DNA from: Desulfosalsimonadaceae bacterium
Lineage (GTDB): Bacteria > Desulfobacterota > Desulfobacteria > Desulfobacterales > Desulfosalsimonadaceae
NCBI GenBank assembly: GCA_046482325.1
Contig: JAWOFF010000107.1
Span: 1,244 to 65,243 of the forward strand
Length of the DNA stretch: 64,000 bases
Reading direction: 5' to 3'
The notes under the pieces were generated by a model. It was given only the letters and a program-made list of their open reading frames with translations. It made no database searches and was not told the origin of the DNA. Shown here piece after piece: positions 28,790 through 38,891 of the stretch. A program made the translations under genes and the position numbers. Numbering within the stretch: the first letter of the stretch is position 1; every line of letters starts with the position of its first letter.

Positions 28790-29728
28790 TTACAATTTCT
28801 CCGCAACCCTCAGGCAGGCGCTCCTGGCCAGGGGGTTGCGCTGGATTTCCTCAGCCCCCGGCCGCTTGACTTTCTTTGTCAGCACCCGAAGCTTCGGCTC
28901 GTTGCCGCAAACGCATTCCGGAAAATCCCGCGGGCAGGTACAGGGATTTTCCAGGGACTTGAAACGATGTTTGACAATGCGGTCTTCAAGTGAATGAAAC
29001 GAGATTATGCAGATCCGGCCGCCGGGCTGCAAAAGCTCCACTGCAGCGGCAAGAAACCGGTCCAGCGCCTCTAGCTCCTGATTCACCGCAATACGAAGCG
29101 CCATAAAAATTTTTGTGGCCGGATGAATTTTGCGCTTGCCAAGAACCCGCCCGGGAACCGCTGCACGCACCAGCTCCACAAGCTCGCCGGTGGTGGCAAT
29201 CCGCTGTTTTTTGCGGCGGGCTACGATTTTATCAGCAATAGGCCCGGCCCATCTTTCTTCGCCGTAGTTTTTGAAAATCTGCTTCAGCGCACGGGCGGAT
29301 TCCTCGTTGACAATATCCGCCGCCCGCCGCGGGCCGTCTTCATTCATCCGCATATCCAGAGGCTCTTCATGCCTGAAACTGAATCCGCGTCCGCTGGATT
29401 CCAACTGATACAGCGAAACCCCGAGATCCGCCAGAATAGCATCGACAGCCCGGATACCTATCTTCGCCAGTATCTCCGGCAGATTTACAAAATTGTCGCG
29501 GACCAGGTGAATATTTGCTTCGTAAGGCCGCAGCTTTTGGGCCGCCGCTTCAATTGCGCCTCTGTCCTGATCAATGCCAATCAACAGCCCATCCGGCAGA
29601 ATTTTGTTTATGACGGCGGCTGCATGTCCGGCCCCGCCGACTGTGCAGTCAACACAGATACTTCCCGGCCGGCAATTCAGGCAGGCGAGAACCTCATCGA
29701 CCATTACTGGGGTGTGGCGATATTGCAT
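28790..29728 (-). CDS. rsmH: 16S rRNA (cytosine1402-N4)-methyltransferase
   Basis: 312 aa with HTPVMVDEVL, DCTVGGAGHA and SFHSLEDRIVK motifs. Confidence 0.95.
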   Translation of the reverse strand: MQYRHTPVMVDEVLACLNCRPGSICVDCTVGGAGHAAAVINKILPDGLLIGIDQDRGAIEAAAQKLRPYEANIHLVRDNFVNLPEILAKIGIRAVDAILADLGVSLYQLESSGRGFSFRHEEPLDMRMNEDGPRRAADIVNEESARALKQIFKNYGEERWAGPIADKIVARRKKQRIATTGELVELVRAAVPGRVLGKRKIHPATKIFMALRIAVNQELEALDRFLAAAVELLQPGGRICIISFHSLEDRIVKHRFKSLENPCTCPRDFPECVCGNEPKLRVLTKKVKRPGAEEIQRNPLARSACLRVAEKL

Positions 29729-29732
29729 CGGA

Positions 29733-30182
29733 TCAAAGCCCTAATTTGGCAATTTCGCTTTGAACCTCCTCATCCTGCATATCCTCTTCTTCAAGCTTAA
29801 GATTCTCTTCCTCCCAACGCTGCCTTGACCAGATTTCAAAATGATCCAGCACGCCGACCAGAACGATTTCTTTTTGAAGCCTGGCATAATTTCGCAGCTC
29901 AGGGGGAATCAAAATCCGACCCTGCCTGTCCACCGGGCAATGCTGCACCGCACCAATAAAAACCCGCCTGAAGCGGCGCATGGCCTCGCTTTTTTCCGCA
30001 AGCGAGTGGATGCGCTCTTCAATTTTTTCCCATTCATCCACTGGATATGCAAACAGGGCCTTATCCAGGCGCGTCACCATCAGGGCCTGCTCCTTCTTGG
30101 TCTGCAGGATCTCCCGGAACCTGACCGGAATGATAAGCCGCCCCTTTGTATCGATGTTATGATTGGAACTTCCCCTGAACAA
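29733..30182 (-). CDS. mraZ: transcriptional regulator MraZ
   Basis: 149 aa. MFRGSSNHNIDTKGRLIIP and a second GRILIP repeat. TTG start. Confidence 0.95.
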   Translation of the reverse strand: MFRGSSNHNIDTKGRLIIPVRFREILQTKKEQALMVTRLDKALFAYPVDEWEKIEERIHSLAEKSEAMRRFRRVFIGAVQHCPVDRQGRILIPPELRNYARLQKEIVLVGVLDHFEIWSRQRWEEENLKLEEEDMQDEEVQSEIAKLGL

Positions 30183-30192
30183 TGGTCCTGCT

Positions 30193-30217
30193 CTCCATTA
30201 ACATCCATTTTAATCCA
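30193..30217 (-). promoter_or_regulatory. candidate MraZ operator: three direct TGGAN repeats with 10-bp phasing
   Basis: The minus strand reads TGGAT-taaaa-TGGAT-gttaa-TGGAG (plus-strand 30213..30217, 30203..30207, 30193..30197). It sits between the candidate -10 and the mraZ TTG start. Confidence 0.4.
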
Positions 30218-30225
30218 CATTTCTT

Positions 30226-30256
30226 ATAATACTACAGAAAGAATTCGTTATGTCAA
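30226..30256 (-). promoter_or_regulatory. candidate dcw (Pmra-like) promoter
   Basis: The minus strand has TTGACA (30256..30251). TAGTAT follows after a 16-nt spacer (30234..30229), or TATTAT after 19 nt (30231..30226). The region is an AT-rich island. Confidence 0.4.
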
Positions 30257-30480
30257 CAGGAAAACGATTTATATCTATTTTTTTTTCTAATAATTATTAG
30301 CAGTTAATTTTATATATACAGATGAATAAATAGTGGATATTTGTGGGAGGCTTGAAAAACAACGGTTTATCCGGCACTATTCTGGAAAACTTATAAAACA
30401 CAGGCCGGGCAGCTCTGCCTGAATCGGGCAGCCGAAACGAAAACACCAGGTGTCTGGTTCAAGGGATCCGCACGGAGGCT

Positions 30481-30515
30481 AACGAATAAACGGGTGCTAT
30501 GGAAACCCGGCACCC
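30481..30515 (-). terminator. weak candidate terminator downstream of mrpG
   Basis: On the minus strand GGGTGC pairs with GCACCC across a 12-nt loop, then G and TTTATTCGTT follow. The 6-bp stem and interrupted U-tract make this weak. Confidence 0.25.
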
Positions 30516-30582
30516 CGGAGACCGGTACCGACAGGGGAAACAGGCAGGCAGCACATGCGGCGGGGCTGCCGGAGGGATCTGT

Positions 30583-30966
30583 TCAGGAGGGATCGTTTTC
30601 GGCTGGCGGGACCTTATTCTGCTCTTCCCTGTCCGGCCCGTGCCACTGGCAGACATTTGCAAACTCATCAATCCAGGTTTTATGCCAAAGGTTCACCCTG
30701 CTGCAGTAGGCGGCGCGACCTATGAGGTGGGCCGCCACAGGAGCCGTCAGCAGTAGAAAAAAAACAGCGGCAAGCGCCCGCAGCGTAATCGGGGGCTCTG
30801 AATAGAAGGCGCCCACAGCCAGAAAAACAAGCCCGGCGCCCAAAGCCCCTGCCTTGGTTGCTGCATGCATCCGGATAATGGTATCCTGGAGGCGCAGCAT
30901 ACCGACAGATGCTATAAAGGCGAAGATCGCACCACTCAGCAGCAGAAAAGCCGTAATAATCTCCAT
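30583..30966 (-). CDS. mrpG: Mrp-type cation/H+ antiporter subunit G
   Basis: 127 aa, MnhG-like (FAFIASVGMLRLQDTIIRMHAATKAGALG). Confidence 0.9.
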   Translation of the reverse strand: MEIITAFLLLSGAIFAFIASVGMLRLQDTIIRMHAATKAGALGAGLVFLAVGAFYSEPPITLRALAAVFFLLLTAPVAAHLIGRAAYCSRVNLWHKTWIDEFANVCQWHGPDREEQNKVPPAENDPS

Positions 30967-31286
30967 CAGGAGCTATCCTCTTCTTTTTCTGTTTCTCCGG
31001 GCCCGCCCCCGGCCATCCGCTCCCGGAAACGGGCCAGGGCCACTGTACCAAGAAAAGCAATCAGCGCATAAGCGATGGCCACATCCAGAAATGCCCGCTC
31101 CCCCGTATAGATGGCAAAAACGCCCAGGCAGGAGACGATCAGAACCGATATCAGGTCCATGGCAACAATCCGGTCCGCGGCATCCGGACCGATAAGCAGC
31201 CTGATAAATGCAAATAAAATTGCAAGCGACAAAAGAACCAGCGCAAGCTCTGCTGTACGGGCAAGAAGAACGCTTTCCACAGCCAT
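30966..31286 (-). CDS. mrpF: Mrp antiporter subunit F
   Basis: 106 aa, MnhF-like (LLIGPDAADRIVAMDL). Confidence 0.85.
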   Translation of the reverse strand: MAVESVLLARTAELALVLLSLAILFAFIRLLIGPDAADRIVAMDLISVLIVSCLGVFAIYTGERAFLDVAIAYALIAFLGTVALARFRERMAGGGPGETEKEEDSS

Positions 31287-31762
31287 CAGCGAATCGCCTC
31301 CAGAACACGTTTTTCAATTCCCTGCTTGATTTGCCTGCGGGCTGCCTCCACATCATCCAGAAACATCACATGCACATACAGACATTTGCGGTCTCCGGAC
31401 ACGTCCAGGCTCAGGGTACCGGGCGTGAGTGAGACAAGGTTGGCCACCAGCATGATCTCAAAATCCGTCTGCGCATCAAGGCTCACTGCAATCACTCCCG
31501 GCCGGCTTGTCGGCCGGGGCGTGACGACATCCCAGAGCACCCGCAGGTTGGAGACCAGGAGCTGACCGATAAAATAGGCGGCCAGCCGCAGAATGCGGAC
31601 GACCCGGCCAAAATAGGCGCTTGGCCCGTATAAGGGACGGGTAACCCACAGGGCCAGGTAGCCGATGGCAAAGCCGGCCGCAAACCCGCTCAGGTTAACC
31701 TGTCCCATGATCGCGCAGAATCCCGCTGCAAGAAAAAGATTCAGCAGAAATAAATGGCTCAT
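31286..31762 (-). CDS. mrpE: Mrp antiporter subunit E
   Basis: 158 aa, MnhE-like, overlapping its neighbours. Confidence 0.85.
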   Translation of the reverse strand: MSHLFLLNLFLAAGFCAIMGQVNLSGFAAGFAIGYLALWVTRPLYGPSAYFGRVVRILRLAAYFIGQLLVSNLRVLWDVVTPRPTSRPGVIAVSLDAQTDFEIMLVANLVSLTPGTLSLDVSGDRKCLYVHVMFLDDVEAARRQIKQGIEKRVLEAIR

Positions 31763-33258
31763 ACGCCCCCCAGCACGGCTTCTACATAAATTTCAGGATG
31801 AAGCAGCTCATGAGCTGCAGCCGAAGCTATTTCCAAAAAAGGAGCCGGGAAAAGTCCGAGCATCAGGGTAACTGCTGCAAGAGCGCCAACCGGAAGCATC
31901 ATCCAGCCATGGCCGGCCCGGCCCTTATCCGCGGGCTCCTGCTCTTGTTCCGCGGGAGCCGGCTTCCAGAAAGCCTCCTGCCATATCTTTGTCATGGAGT
32001 AAATGGTAAGCAGCCCCACAACAGCAGCTGCGGCGGCAGCCACATAGGCCCCGGACTCAAGGCTTGCCCTGATCAGCATCATCTTGGCCCAGAAGCCGGA
32101 GAGAGGCGGAAATCCGGCAAGGGAGAAAGCGGGGACGAAAAACAAAAAAGCAAGAAATCCCCGGCTTCCGTAGAAACCGCCCAGCCGCGAAAGCTCGAAG
32201 GATCCGCCGACTCTGCGGCAGATACCGCTTACAAGAAAAAGGTTGGTTTTTACAATCATATGGTGGAGCAGATAAAACACTGAACCGGCAAGTGCCAGCG
32301 GTGTGAAAAGCGCGAGCCCCAGCACCATGTAGCCCACCTGGCTGACAATATGAAAGGAGAGAATCCGCCGGAACTCCTGAAATGCAGCAGCGCCGAGCAC
32401 CCCCGTTATCATGGTAAAAACAGCCGCCACAAGAAGAAGACCATGAGTATAGGCCATATTAAAGGTAAAGACGAGGGTAAACATTCGAATCAACGCATAG
32501 ACTCCAACCTTGGTCAAAAGCCCCGCCAGTATGGCAGAAACCGCCACCGGCGGAGTGTGATAAGAGACCGGCAGCCAGAAAAAAAGCGGAAACAGACCTG
32601 CCTTAATGCCAAAACCCGCCATGAAAACCGCGGCCACCGCTGTAAGAAGGGCCTTGTCCGGCACACTCTGTACCTGCAGATACAGATCGGCCATGTTCAG
32701 GGTGCCGGTGATGCCATAGAGAAAGCCCAGGCCGCTTATAAACAGAAGGGTTGAGAAAAGATTGATCATGACGTATTTCACCCCGCCGTCAAACTGCTCC
32801 TTTTTCCGGCCCAGTACCAAAAGCCCGAATGAGGCCATCAGCATCACCTCAAACCAGACGTAGAGATTGAACAAATCGCCCGTCACAAAGGCGCCGCATA
32901 CCCCGCCGATCAGGATATGCAGCAGGGGATAAAATCCGGCGGCGACAAGCCGCGGGGCGATCTCCGCTTTTGCATAAACCGTGACGGCAAGGCCAAGTGT
33001 TGCCGTCACCGCGATCATAATGGCGCTCAGATGATCCGCAACAAAGGTTATACCGAAAGGCGCGGGCCAGGAGCCGATCTGCACGCTCATGATACCGCTG
33101 TTTGCGATCCGCACAAGAAGGGCAATACATATCCCGAAATGAACTACTCCGCCAAAGCCGGCAAGCCTCTGCTGCTTTCCTGAGTCACGGCGCAGCCCCA
33201 GGCTTGCCGCAGCAAGGCCGAAGGGCAGAATAACAGGCAGTACCAGGAGCCAGCTCAT
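31759..33258 (-). CDS. mrpD: Mrp antiporter subunit D (NuoN/ND2-like)
   Basis: 499 aa polytopic protein of the proton-antiporter-like family. Confidence 0.9.
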   Translation of the reverse strand: MSWLLVLPVILPFGLAAASLGLRRDSGKQQRLAGFGGVVHFGICIALLVRIANSGIMSVQIGSWPAPFGITFVADHLSAIMIAVTATLGLAVTVYAKAEIAPRLVAAGFYPLLHILIGGVCGAFVTGDLFNLYVWFEVMLMASFGLLVLGRKKEQFDGGVKYVMINLFSTLLFISGLGFLYGITGTLNMADLYLQVQSVPDKALLTAVAAVFMAGFGIKAGLFPLFFWLPVSYHTPPVAVSAILAGLLTKVGVYALIRMFTLVFTFNMAYTHGLLLVAAVFTMITGVLGAAAFQEFRRILSFHIVSQVGYMVLGLALFTPLALAGSVFYLLHHMIVKTNLFLVSGICRRVGGSFELSRLGGFYGSRGFLAFLFFVPAFSLAGFPPLSGFWAKMMLIRASLESGAYVAAAAAAVVGLLTIYSMTKIWQEAFWKPAPAEQEQEPADKGRAGHGWMMLPVGALAAVTLMLGLFPAPFLEIASAAAHELLHPEIYVEAVLGGV

Positions 33259-33653
33259 AGGCTGCCCTCCCCATGTAGTTTGTCCGCATGAGCCGATTGC
33301 TCCTCCGGCGGTTCGGCATAGTCCATTTTTTCAGTATCCACCGTGCCCAGAGACTGATAGCAGCGATAGAACAGGATAAACACGAAGGTTAGAAGGGCAA
33401 AACCAATGACAATGGCTGTCAGGATAAGAGCCTGTGGCAGTGCATTGGCCACGGGCTCTGCAGGGATGCCCGCACTTTCGCCGATAAGCGGCGGATTGGA
33501 GCTTGAGAGCCGGCCGGCCGCAAAAAGGATCAGGTTGACAGCATTGGTTGCCAGCATCAACCCGAATATGAAACGGATGATATTGCCCGAGAGCATCAGA
33601 TAAATGCAGGCTGCCGCCATTAAGCCGCACAAAAAAGACAGAACCGTTTCCAT
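33255..33653 (-). CDS. mrpC: Mrp antiporter subunit C (NuoK-like)
   Basis: The start is set at ATG 33653 (METVLSF), 1 nt after the mrpB stop. The protein is small with three TM helices. Confidence 0.85.
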   Translation of the reverse strand: METVLSFLCGLMAAACIYLMLSGNIIRFIFGLMLATNAVNLILFAAGRLSSSNPPLIGESAGIPAEPVANALPQALILTAIVIGFALLTFVFILFYRCYQSLGTVDTEKMDYAEPPEEQSAHADKLHGEGSL

Positions 33654-33654
33654 G

Positions 33655-34068
33655 TCAACTCTCTTCCAGCGCCAGGACAAGGGTTAGAATGGTTCCCAGC
33701 ACAATGGCATAAACCCCGGCATCAAAAAAAAACGGGGTCCCCACGGCCAGTTTTTTCTCTCCAATTTCAGCAGCGGAGAACCAAAGGCCGGTAAGAAAAG
33801 GTGCTCCGGCAAAAGCAGCCGCCAGACCGGATAAAAGCACCAGGAACAGGCCAAAGACAATCAAAACCCGCGGATCGATGCGGATAGCCCGCCGCACCGA
33901 TTCGGCCCCTTCGGATATGGCATAAAGGGCAAAGCCGGTTCCTGCCACAAGAGCCCCGGAAAAACCGCCACCCGGCGCGTTGTGCCCGCGGAGCAGAAGA
34001 TAGACCGAAAACACCAGGATCAGGCTCACCAGAAGCCGCGTGGCGATTCGAAGTATCAAAGACTGCAT
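33655..34068 (-). CDS. mrpB: Mrp antiporter subunit B
   Basis: 137 aa, MnhB-like membrane protein. Confidence 0.85.
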   Translation of the reverse strand: MQSLILRIATRLLVSLILVFSVYLLLRGHNAPGGGFSGALVAGTGFALYAISEGAESVRRAIRIDPRVLIVFGLFLVLLSGLAAAFAGAPFLTGLWFSAAEIGEKKLAVGTPFFFDAGVYAIVLGTILTLVLALEES

Positions 34069-36326
34069 CAGTTGCTCCGCTTTTTCTCGATCAAGGCATA
34101 GGCCGCCAGACCGGCTGCCGCCACCACGGTGACCTCGCCCAGGGTGTCCATGCTGCGGAAATCCACAAGGATCACATTGACGATATTTTTCCCGTGCGCG
34201 GCGAGATAGCTGTTGTGCTCAAAAAATGCAGTGACCGAGCGGTCCAGCGGGATCGAGAGCACAGCCAGCATCAGCACTGCTACCATCACGCCGGTGCCCG
34301 CGGCCAGCAGCCCGTCAAAAACGCGGCGCATCCGCTGCGGCCGGGGCTGTTTCTCCATTCGGGGCAGGCGCAGCAGGATCATGGAGACAATGATTACCGT
34401 AAGGGTTTCCACAAGGAGCTGGGTAAGGGCCAGGTCCGGAGCGCCGAAACTGACAAAAATAAGAGCTATGGCCGCCCCCACAACCCCCATGGCACAGATC
34501 GCAAGCAGCATGATGCGGGTTGCCACCACCGTCATCACGGCCATCGCTATAACACTCACCAGCAGCCACTGCCACAAAGGGAGCCCTGGCACTGACAGAG
34601 CCGGCAGGTCAGGGGCCCCCGTCAGGTAGCCATACCCCGCGCTAAACAAAAAAGCGGCCACTACAATAAAAAAATAGTGATGCAGGGAGCCGTTCTGCAA
34701 AAGCCGCGTCTGCATTCGTCCCGCGGCGGAAACAGCTTGCAGGCACCAGTCATAAACCCCGGAGGCGGTTGCAGGAAAGCGGTTTGCGGCGGCGCTGAGC
34801 CAGTTTGAGAGACTGCGGCGCCGGAGATAAAAACAAAGCCCCAGCAAAAGGGTGAGAGCACTCAAAAGAAGCGGTTCATTGATGCCGTGAAAGAGCGAAA
34901 GCTTGATGTCTTTTCCGGAGACATCAAAAGCGCGCACCGCGGGCTGCACCAGCCAGTGCCCCACCTGATCCGGTACAAGGCCGAAAACAATGCCCAGGCC
35001 GCCCAGAACCACGGGACCGCACCACATGCAGACCGGCGCTTCCCCCCGAGATGCCGGGAAATTACCTGTTTTCCCCAGGAAAGGGCCTATGGCAACAATG
35101 CCGGCAATCGCCGTCATAAGGGCATTGGAGAAAACAGCCGCTCCTGCCGCCAAGGCGGGGCAAAGGGCTTCGGCCAGGGCCCCCTTGTACATGATCTCCT
35201 TTCCTATAAATCCAAAAAACAATGGAAACCCGGCCATGGAAAGGCAGGCGGCAAAAACGGCAAAAGCGGTGGCCGGCATGGATTTCATAAGCCCGCCCAG
35301 CGCGGAGACCTCCCTGGTCCCGGTCTGGTGGTCGATGATGCCCGCAGCCAGGAAAAGACCTGATTTATACAGTGAGTGCACCAGCAGGAAAGTAATGGCA
35401 GCAGTGAGCGAGGGACTTGCGCTCCCGCCCAGAAACATGGTCATAAGACCCAGGGCGGTAAGCGTGGTATAGGCCAGAATCTTTTTCAGATCTGTCTGAA
35501 AGATAGCAAGCAAAACGCTGCCCGCTGCAGTCACAGCACCGACCACCATGAGCGGCGCGGTCCAGGCCATGGTCCCTCCGAGAATCGGATGAAAACGGGC
35601 CAGCAGGTAGATGCCGGCCTTTACCATGGTTGCAGAATGGAGAAAAGCGCTTATGGGCGCAGGCGCCGCCATTGCATCCGGGAGCCAGAAATGAAAGGGA
35701 AACAGGGCGGACTTGGTAAACGCCCCCAGAAAAATCAGGACAAGCACCGTCCCGTAGAGGCGATGGTTCTTCAGCACATCAGAGAGCCCGATCATCTCGG
35801 ACATTGTATATGTGCCGGCCATTATTTTAAGCAGCAGAAAGCCGGCCAGAAGGGCCAGGCCGCCCGCTCCGGTTACCAGAAGCGCCTGTCGCGCGCTTCT
35901 TCGTGCCTCCGGCTTGTCATGCTCAAAACCGATCAAAAGAAAGGAGAAAACCGTGGTCAGCTCCCAGAATACAAAAAGCGCAATCACGTTATCTGCAGTT
36001 ACAAGACCCGCCATGGAGAGCATAAATGAGTGCAGAAACACGAAAAAGCGTCCGGTATAACCGTGGCCGTGCAGGTAGTCCACGGCATAGACAGAGACAA
36101 AGAAACCGACGGCGCTGGCGATCAGCACAAAAAGAACGGCAAGCCCATCTACCAAAAAAGAGAGGTTCACCCCCAGGCCGGGCGCCCAGGGCAGCTCGAA
36201 ACGGAAGACGCCGCCAGCCGCGGTTTCCGGGACTGCCGCACAGGCGAGCGCAAAAACGGCCAGAGGCAGCACGGAGCTGGCCCTGGCCAGATGCTTTGTG
36301 CGGTTACTTTCGTGCATGTGCTTCAT
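34068..36326 (-). CDS. mrpA: Mrp antiporter subunit A (NuoL/ND5-like)
   Basis: 752 aa polytopic protein and first gene of mrpABCDEFG. All neighbouring genes overlap or abut. Confidence 0.9.
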   Translation of the reverse strand: MKHMHESNRTKHLARASSVLPLAVFALACAAVPETAAGGVFRFELPWAPGLGVNLSFLVDGLAVLFVLIASAVGFFVSVYAVDYLHGHGYTGRFFVFLHSFMLSMAGLVTADNVIALFVFWELTTVFSFLLIGFEHDKPEARRSARQALLVTGAGGLALLAGFLLLKIMAGTYTMSEMIGLSDVLKNHRLYGTVLVLIFLGAFTKSALFPFHFWLPDAMAAPAPISAFLHSATMVKAGIYLLARFHPILGGTMAWTAPLMVVGAVTAAGSVLLAIFQTDLKKILAYTTLTALGLMTMFLGGSASPSLTAAITFLLVHSLYKSGLFLAAGIIDHQTGTREVSALGGLMKSMPATAFAVFAACLSMAGFPLFFGFIGKEIMYKGALAEALCPALAAGAAVFSNALMTAIAGIVAIGPFLGKTGNFPASRGEAPVCMWCGPVVLGGLGIVFGLVPDQVGHWLVQPAVRAFDVSGKDIKLSLFHGINEPLLLSALTLLLGLCFYLRRRSLSNWLSAAANRFPATASGVYDWCLQAVSAAGRMQTRLLQNGSLHHYFFIVVAAFLFSAGYGYLTGAPDLPALSVPGLPLWQWLLVSVIAMAVMTVVATRIMLLAICAMGVVGAAIALIFVSFGAPDLALTQLLVETLTVIIVSMILLRLPRMEKQPRPQRMRRVFDGLLAAGTGVMVAVLMLAVLSIPLDRSVTAFFEHNSYLAAHGKNIVNVILVDFRSMDTLGEVTVVAAAGLAAYALIEKKRSN

Positions 36327-36421
36327 TTCCGCAAACAGCCTGTATCCGCCCGAACCCGGGGCGCTGCAAGGGGTTTAGATATCGGTTCTCTGCATACAAG
36401 CAACGAAAAGATCCCTTCTGT

Positions 36422-36450
36422 ATATTAGCAGCAGCCGGCCGGGATTGCAA
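36422..36450 (-). promoter_or_regulatory. candidate sigma70 promoter of the mrp operon
   Basis: The minus strand has TTGCAA (36450..36445), a 17-nt spacer, then TAATAT (36427..36422), about 95 nt upstream of the mrpA ATG. Confidence 0.4.
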
Positions 36451-36523
36451 AAAATCCGCACCCGTCCATCCGACCAGGGCATTCAGGCCGGTTTAGGTTG
36501 CAGGCACACCGGCCCCGTGATAC

Positions 36524-37987
36524 ATGCATATTATACGGGGGAAGAGATCACCAGACAATAAACAAGAAACCTTTGCTATGAGCTATTTACAAAATTCGAA
36601 TCTCTATGATGTGGTAATTGTCGGCGGCGGTCCCGCAGGCCTGTTTGCCGCTCATCTCCTCTCCGGCGACACAGACCTGCGGATTCTTCTGATTGAACAG
36701 GGAAAGCCGCCCCGGCACCGGCAATGCCCCGTCCAAACCGGCGGACAATGCCAGAAGTGCCAGCCCTGCCAGATACTCTCAGGCATTGGCGGCGCCGGCC
36801 TCTTCTCCGACGGCAAGCTCAATTTCATTGAACGGCTGGGAAAAACCGATCTCACACAGTTCATGCCCTCAGAGCAGGCAAAAGAGCTTATCCGGGAGAC
36901 GGAAGAAATCTTCAACATCTACGGAATGGACGGCACGGTTTATCCCACGGACATGGAAAAGGCCAAGTGCCTCCGCCGCGACGCCAAGAAGGCGGGCATG
37001 GATCTTCTCCTGATCCGGCAGAAGCATCTGGGCACCGAATGCCTGCCCTACTATATCGCCCAAATGACAGAAGTCCTGAAAGAGCGGATTGCGATTCACA
37101 CCTCCGAGGCTGTAACCGATATCAACCTGGCGGTGGACGGCAGAAAAGAGATAAAAACAGACAGGGAACGATACACGGCAGACAACGTCATTCTCGCTCC
37201 CGGCCGGGCAGGTGCGGAGTGGACCACCACCCTGGCCCGCAAATTCGGCATTGACACCACGCAGCGGGGCATTGAGGTGGGAGTCCGCGCAGAGGTACAC
37301 GCAGACATCACCAGGGAGTTGTGCAGCACGATCTATGATCCGGTATTTTTAATTCAAACCGGAAAATACGACGACTCCACCCGGACTTTCTGCACCAACC
37401 AGGGCGGGTACGTAACCCAGGAGTTCTACCAGGATTTTGTCTGCGTAAACGGCCACGCCCAGGCAGTGGAGAAATCGGAAAACAGCAATTTTGCATTCCT
37501 GTCCAAGGTGGTGCTCACAGACCCTATAACCGACAACCAGTCCTACGGGGAGTCCATCGGCCGGCTGGCGAGCCTGATCGGAGGGGGAAAGCCGCTGCTG
37601 CAGAGGTTCGGGGACCTGAAACGCGGCCGGCGAAGCACCTGGCACCGCGTGCGCAAAAGCTATATCGAGCCAACGCTCAAGGCCGTAGTATGCGGCGATA
37701 TTGCCATGGCCCTGCCGGAGCGGATTCTTGCCAACGTGGTAGAGGGGCTGGAAAAGCTCAATCAGGTGGTGCCGGGCGTTGCAAACGATGAGACCCTGCT
37801 TTATGCGCCGGAAATCAAGTTTTTTGCAACCCAGATAAAAACCAGCGACCAGCTGGAGACAAAAATCCCCGGCCTCTTTGTTGCAGGCGACGGCCCGGGC
37901 GTTGCAGGCAATATCGTATCTGCAGCGGCCACCGGCCTGATTCCGGCCAAAACCATTCTGCGCCGGCAGCAGGAGCAGGGCGGCTAA
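36524..37987 (+). CDS. FAD-dependent oxidoreductase (uncharacterised COG2509-like dehydrogenase)
   Basis: YDVVIVGGGPAGLFAA dinucleotide-binding motif and a C-terminal GLFVAGDGPGVAGNIVSAAATG. An alternative start at ATG 36578 (MSYLQNS) is plausible. Confidence 0.8.
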   Translation: MHIIRGKRSPDNKQETFAMSYLQNSNLYDVVIVGGGPAGLFAAHLLSGDTDLRILLIEQGKPPRHRQCPVQTGGQCQKCQPCQILSGIGGAGLFSDGKLNFIERLGKTDLTQFMPSEQAKELIRETEEIFNIYGMDGTVYPTDMEKAKCLRRDAKKAGMDLLLIRQKHLGTECLPYYIAQMTEVLKERIAIHTSEAVTDINLAVDGRKEIKTDRERYTADNVILAPGRAGAEWTTTLARKFGIDTTQRGIEVGVRAEVHADITRELCSTIYDPVFLIQTGKYDDSTRTFCTNQGGYVTQEFYQDFVCVNGHAQAVEKSENSNFAFLSKVVLTDPITDNQSYGESIGRLASLIGGGKPLLQRFGDLKRGRRSTWHRVRKSYIEPTLKAVVCGDIAMALPERILANVVEGLEKLNQVVPGVANDETLLYAPEIKFFATQIKTSDQLETKIPGLFVAGDGPGVAGNIVSAAATGLIPAKTILRRQQEQGG

Positions 37988-38011
37988 AGCGCCAGCCCCT
38001 CCGGCCCATGC

Positions 38012-38878
38012 CTATGCGGATTTCAGCCAGCCCAGGATGCCGTCTACAGAGTTTTTCACGAAAAACCTTTCGCGCTCCCGGGCTTCTTCATCCAGCGCAT
38101 TGAAGCGGGCAAAAAGGGGGTCCCGCTGCGCAAGCGCCCATGTAATGGCCTCAAAATCCGGGTTTTCTGCATGCTCGGAGATAACCTCAATCCACAGTTT
38201 GAGCTGCTGCCTGGCCAGTTCGGCAATTTTCTTTCCGTCCGGGTGACTGCCGTGATGGGCAAAACACACACGGCGCTCCGTTTCCGGGGCAATCCGGTCC
38301 ATGGAGGCAAAAAAAGCCTCTGCGGAGAACCGGGGCGGAGTGGCGGGGCGCAGGTAAAAATCGTCTGCCAGCTCCTGGTGGACGCCAAACAGTTCGCCGC
38401 AGAACAGCCAGTCCTCAAACACAAAACAGAGGTGATGGGAGGCGTGCCCGGGCGTATCAATAGCCCTGATGCCCTCGCCGAAGTCGATTTTCCCGGTGCT
38501 TGTGATGCGATGTTCCGCCACGGGCCGGATCTCGCCATAGACTTCCGCCACGCGGCCCAGGGTTTTCAACGAGCCCTGCCAGAGTCTGGAGGGATCAATA
38601 AGGTGGGGGACCGCCTTTTCGTGGCACAGAATCTGTGCTTCCGGATAGCGCTTGGCCAGGTGCCCGATACCGCCTGCGTGGTCCATGTGAATATGGGTCA
38701 GAAGGATCCAGTCCAGCCGCTCCACCCCTCGTTCGGCCAGCTGCCGGCACAAATCGTCAATGGTGCATGCAGGGCCGGGATCGACCAGAAAAGCCCCCTC
38801 AGGGCCCTTATATAGCCAGGCGGAAATAAAACGGGTGTAGCCCAGAGAAGGGATATCCAAACCGAGAAGATCCAGCAT
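38012..38878 (-). CDS. MBL-fold metallo-hydrolase
   Basis: 288 aa with the THIHMDHAGG (HxHxDH) motif. Confidence 0.85.
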   Translation of the reverse strand: MLDLLGLDIPSLGYTRFISAWLYKGPEGAFLVDPGPACTIDDLCRQLAERGVERLDWILLTHIHMDHAGGIGHLAKRYPEAQILCHEKAVPHLIDPSRLWQGSLKTLGRVAEVYGEIRPVAEHRITSTGKIDFGEGIRAIDTPGHASHHLCFVFEDWLFCGELFGVHQELADDFYLRPATPPRFSAEAFFASMDRIAPETERRVCFAHHGSHPDGKKIAELARQQLKLWIEVISEHAENPDFEAITWALAQRDPLFARFNALDEEARERERFFVKNSVDGILGWLKSA

Positions 38879-38891
38879 TTTCTGCGTCCTT

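Noticed and set aside
30333-30347. GTGGA-N5-GTGGG pair as MraZ boxes
   Set aside because: There are only two repeats. They are on the non-coding strand and lie upstream of the candidate -35. The phased triple repeat at 30193..30217 fits the known operator architecture better.
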